A stretch of DNA of 63,395 nucleotides, counting the filler, from Sphacelaria rigidula (lineage: Eukaryota): the NCBI GenBank assembly GCA_964200075.2. It is 10 parts of 10 records of this genome, joined end to end, with 100 filler letters (N's around TTAATTAATTAA, not from the genome) between each part and the next. Parts side by side here need not be neighbours in the genome. Positions count along the whole stretch, not along the records: positions 57,147 to 63,395 come from CAXNAA020021237.1; 9 more parts are not named here. One strand, written 5' to 3'. A program made the translations under genes and the position numbers. The notes below the pieces were generated by a model. It was not told where the DNA came from and searched no databases. It saw only the letters and a program-made list of their open reading frames with translations. Shown piece by piece: positions 62,040-63,395 of the stretch; within the stretch, counting starts at the first letter, position 1; every line of letters begins with the position of its first letter.

Positions 62040-63395
62040 GCCCCGGCATAATACGGAGGCGAGTGAAGCGTTCGCAACAACTACACATCCCTTCAAAAGT
62101 GCAATTCCGATTCAAGGCCGAAATGAATACAATCAAGTTATTACACCCCAGCACAGAGCACTGTGCGGGTCGCTCAAACTTTCATCAACCTCTAATCCGG
62201 CGCACGCGTGAAGCTCGAACTGAACGCCCTTTGTATCTCTGCTTAGGGTCCAGACACGACCATCGGCAGCATTCCCCATATAAACCTACTTACAATAAAG
62301 ACAGTGGGAACCATCTGAGATGGAGACGTGTATGTATTGCATCGTCGGAAAAAAAGCACCACACAGAAGCGTACAGGACCCCCCAAGGGAATTCTGGGGG
62401 AAAACATTATCGTATTCTAAATGGGGAAGGGCACTCCGTACTAGTCGCCATGTCTACGTGCCGAAGACATGCACAGTATTGGCGATACATTGGTCAGAAG
62501 CGGTTGGACCAAGGGAAAACATAGTATTGGGGCACAGTCTCGGATTCGCTGCACATACGCACCCCGAAGAAAATTTCCAGCGAAAGGGGAGCGAAACGGT
62601 TACATCACCGCTGGCTGGTATGGTTGCCCTGAAACATCTGACATGAGACCACGAAAGGCCTTGGTACTGAAGCCTGTACTGTGCCAGGAGAGACGTTTGA
62701 AGACTAGACACGATTCCTCGGGTCACGGCGTTAGTTGGGGGATCGCTTCGAGTGAAGTTTTTTTCTGCCAACGAGTGCCACCACGATGGTGGATGGGTTC
62801 GTGGAATAATGTTCGCTGTTGACCGATTTCTCCCCTCAGAACTCCCCAGTGTAGGCTTCCACCGTTCTCAGAAAGTGAGTGCGGATCGCTTTAGCAATCG
62901 GTTGCCCGTGATGACTGCGTTTTCTCTTTGACTAGCCATCCTCGCGTCAAAATCCATCTGATCTTTTGCGGAGACTTTATCTCTTTTGTCCGTATCAAGT
63001 GGTGGTCGCACCCTAACTTGGTCTTCTTCCCATCTTCGGTCCGCTGCTGACCATCGACCGGCACTCGACGATCAAAGTACTATTTGACACTTTCTACCAT
63101 AGCCCCCCCCCCCCCCCCAAATGCATCGTTTTGAGAGACAAAATCTTCACGTAGATCGAAATGGGAAAGGCCGAGACAACGAGCAGCTGGGAATTCCCAC
63201 GTTTTGGTTCGTTTTAGCCAATGTCGCCAATATAAGGCGCTTCATGCAGCCTGAACCCAAACATTAGGTGCTGTATGGCCATTTTTTTCGTGACACTTTT
63301 GGGCTGGTTTTTTGGGGGGGGCGTACTCATTTGTTGCTTGCCTTAGTCGTTTGACCATTGACCACGCATCCCTTTCGAGACGGAGCTGTTTTCTT

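Overview
Eukaryotic, intron-rich, repeat-dense DNA, very probably from a brown alga (Phaeophyceae), based on a spliced mannuronan C5-epimerase-family gene, long GT-AG introns and GC-rich exons. The window is not one locus. It is ten unrelated contigs (five of 6250 nt, five of 6249 nt) joined by 100-nt N/TTAATTAATTAA/N spacers, so nothing should be inferred across the spacers. Supported genes: a BioF exon; a 19-repeat PPR terminal exon; two FtsH/AAA+ exons; a complete intronless mRNA-capping enzyme fusing a Cet1-type tunnel triphosphatase to a guanylyltransferase; four 3' exons of an Sds3/BRMS1-like gene; and seven 3' exons of an alginate C5-epimerase homologue whose catalytic Y-G-x-D-P-H-D motif reads V-G-I-N-P-Q-D. 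The remainder is mostly mobile DNA: a Ty3/Gypsy relic, several MITE families with readable TIRs and TSDs, tRNA-derived SINEs, and many 3' ends of a probable non-LTR retrotransposon that appears to target poly(C) runs. One of those insertions made a ~70-nt duplication that re-created a host splice acceptor.
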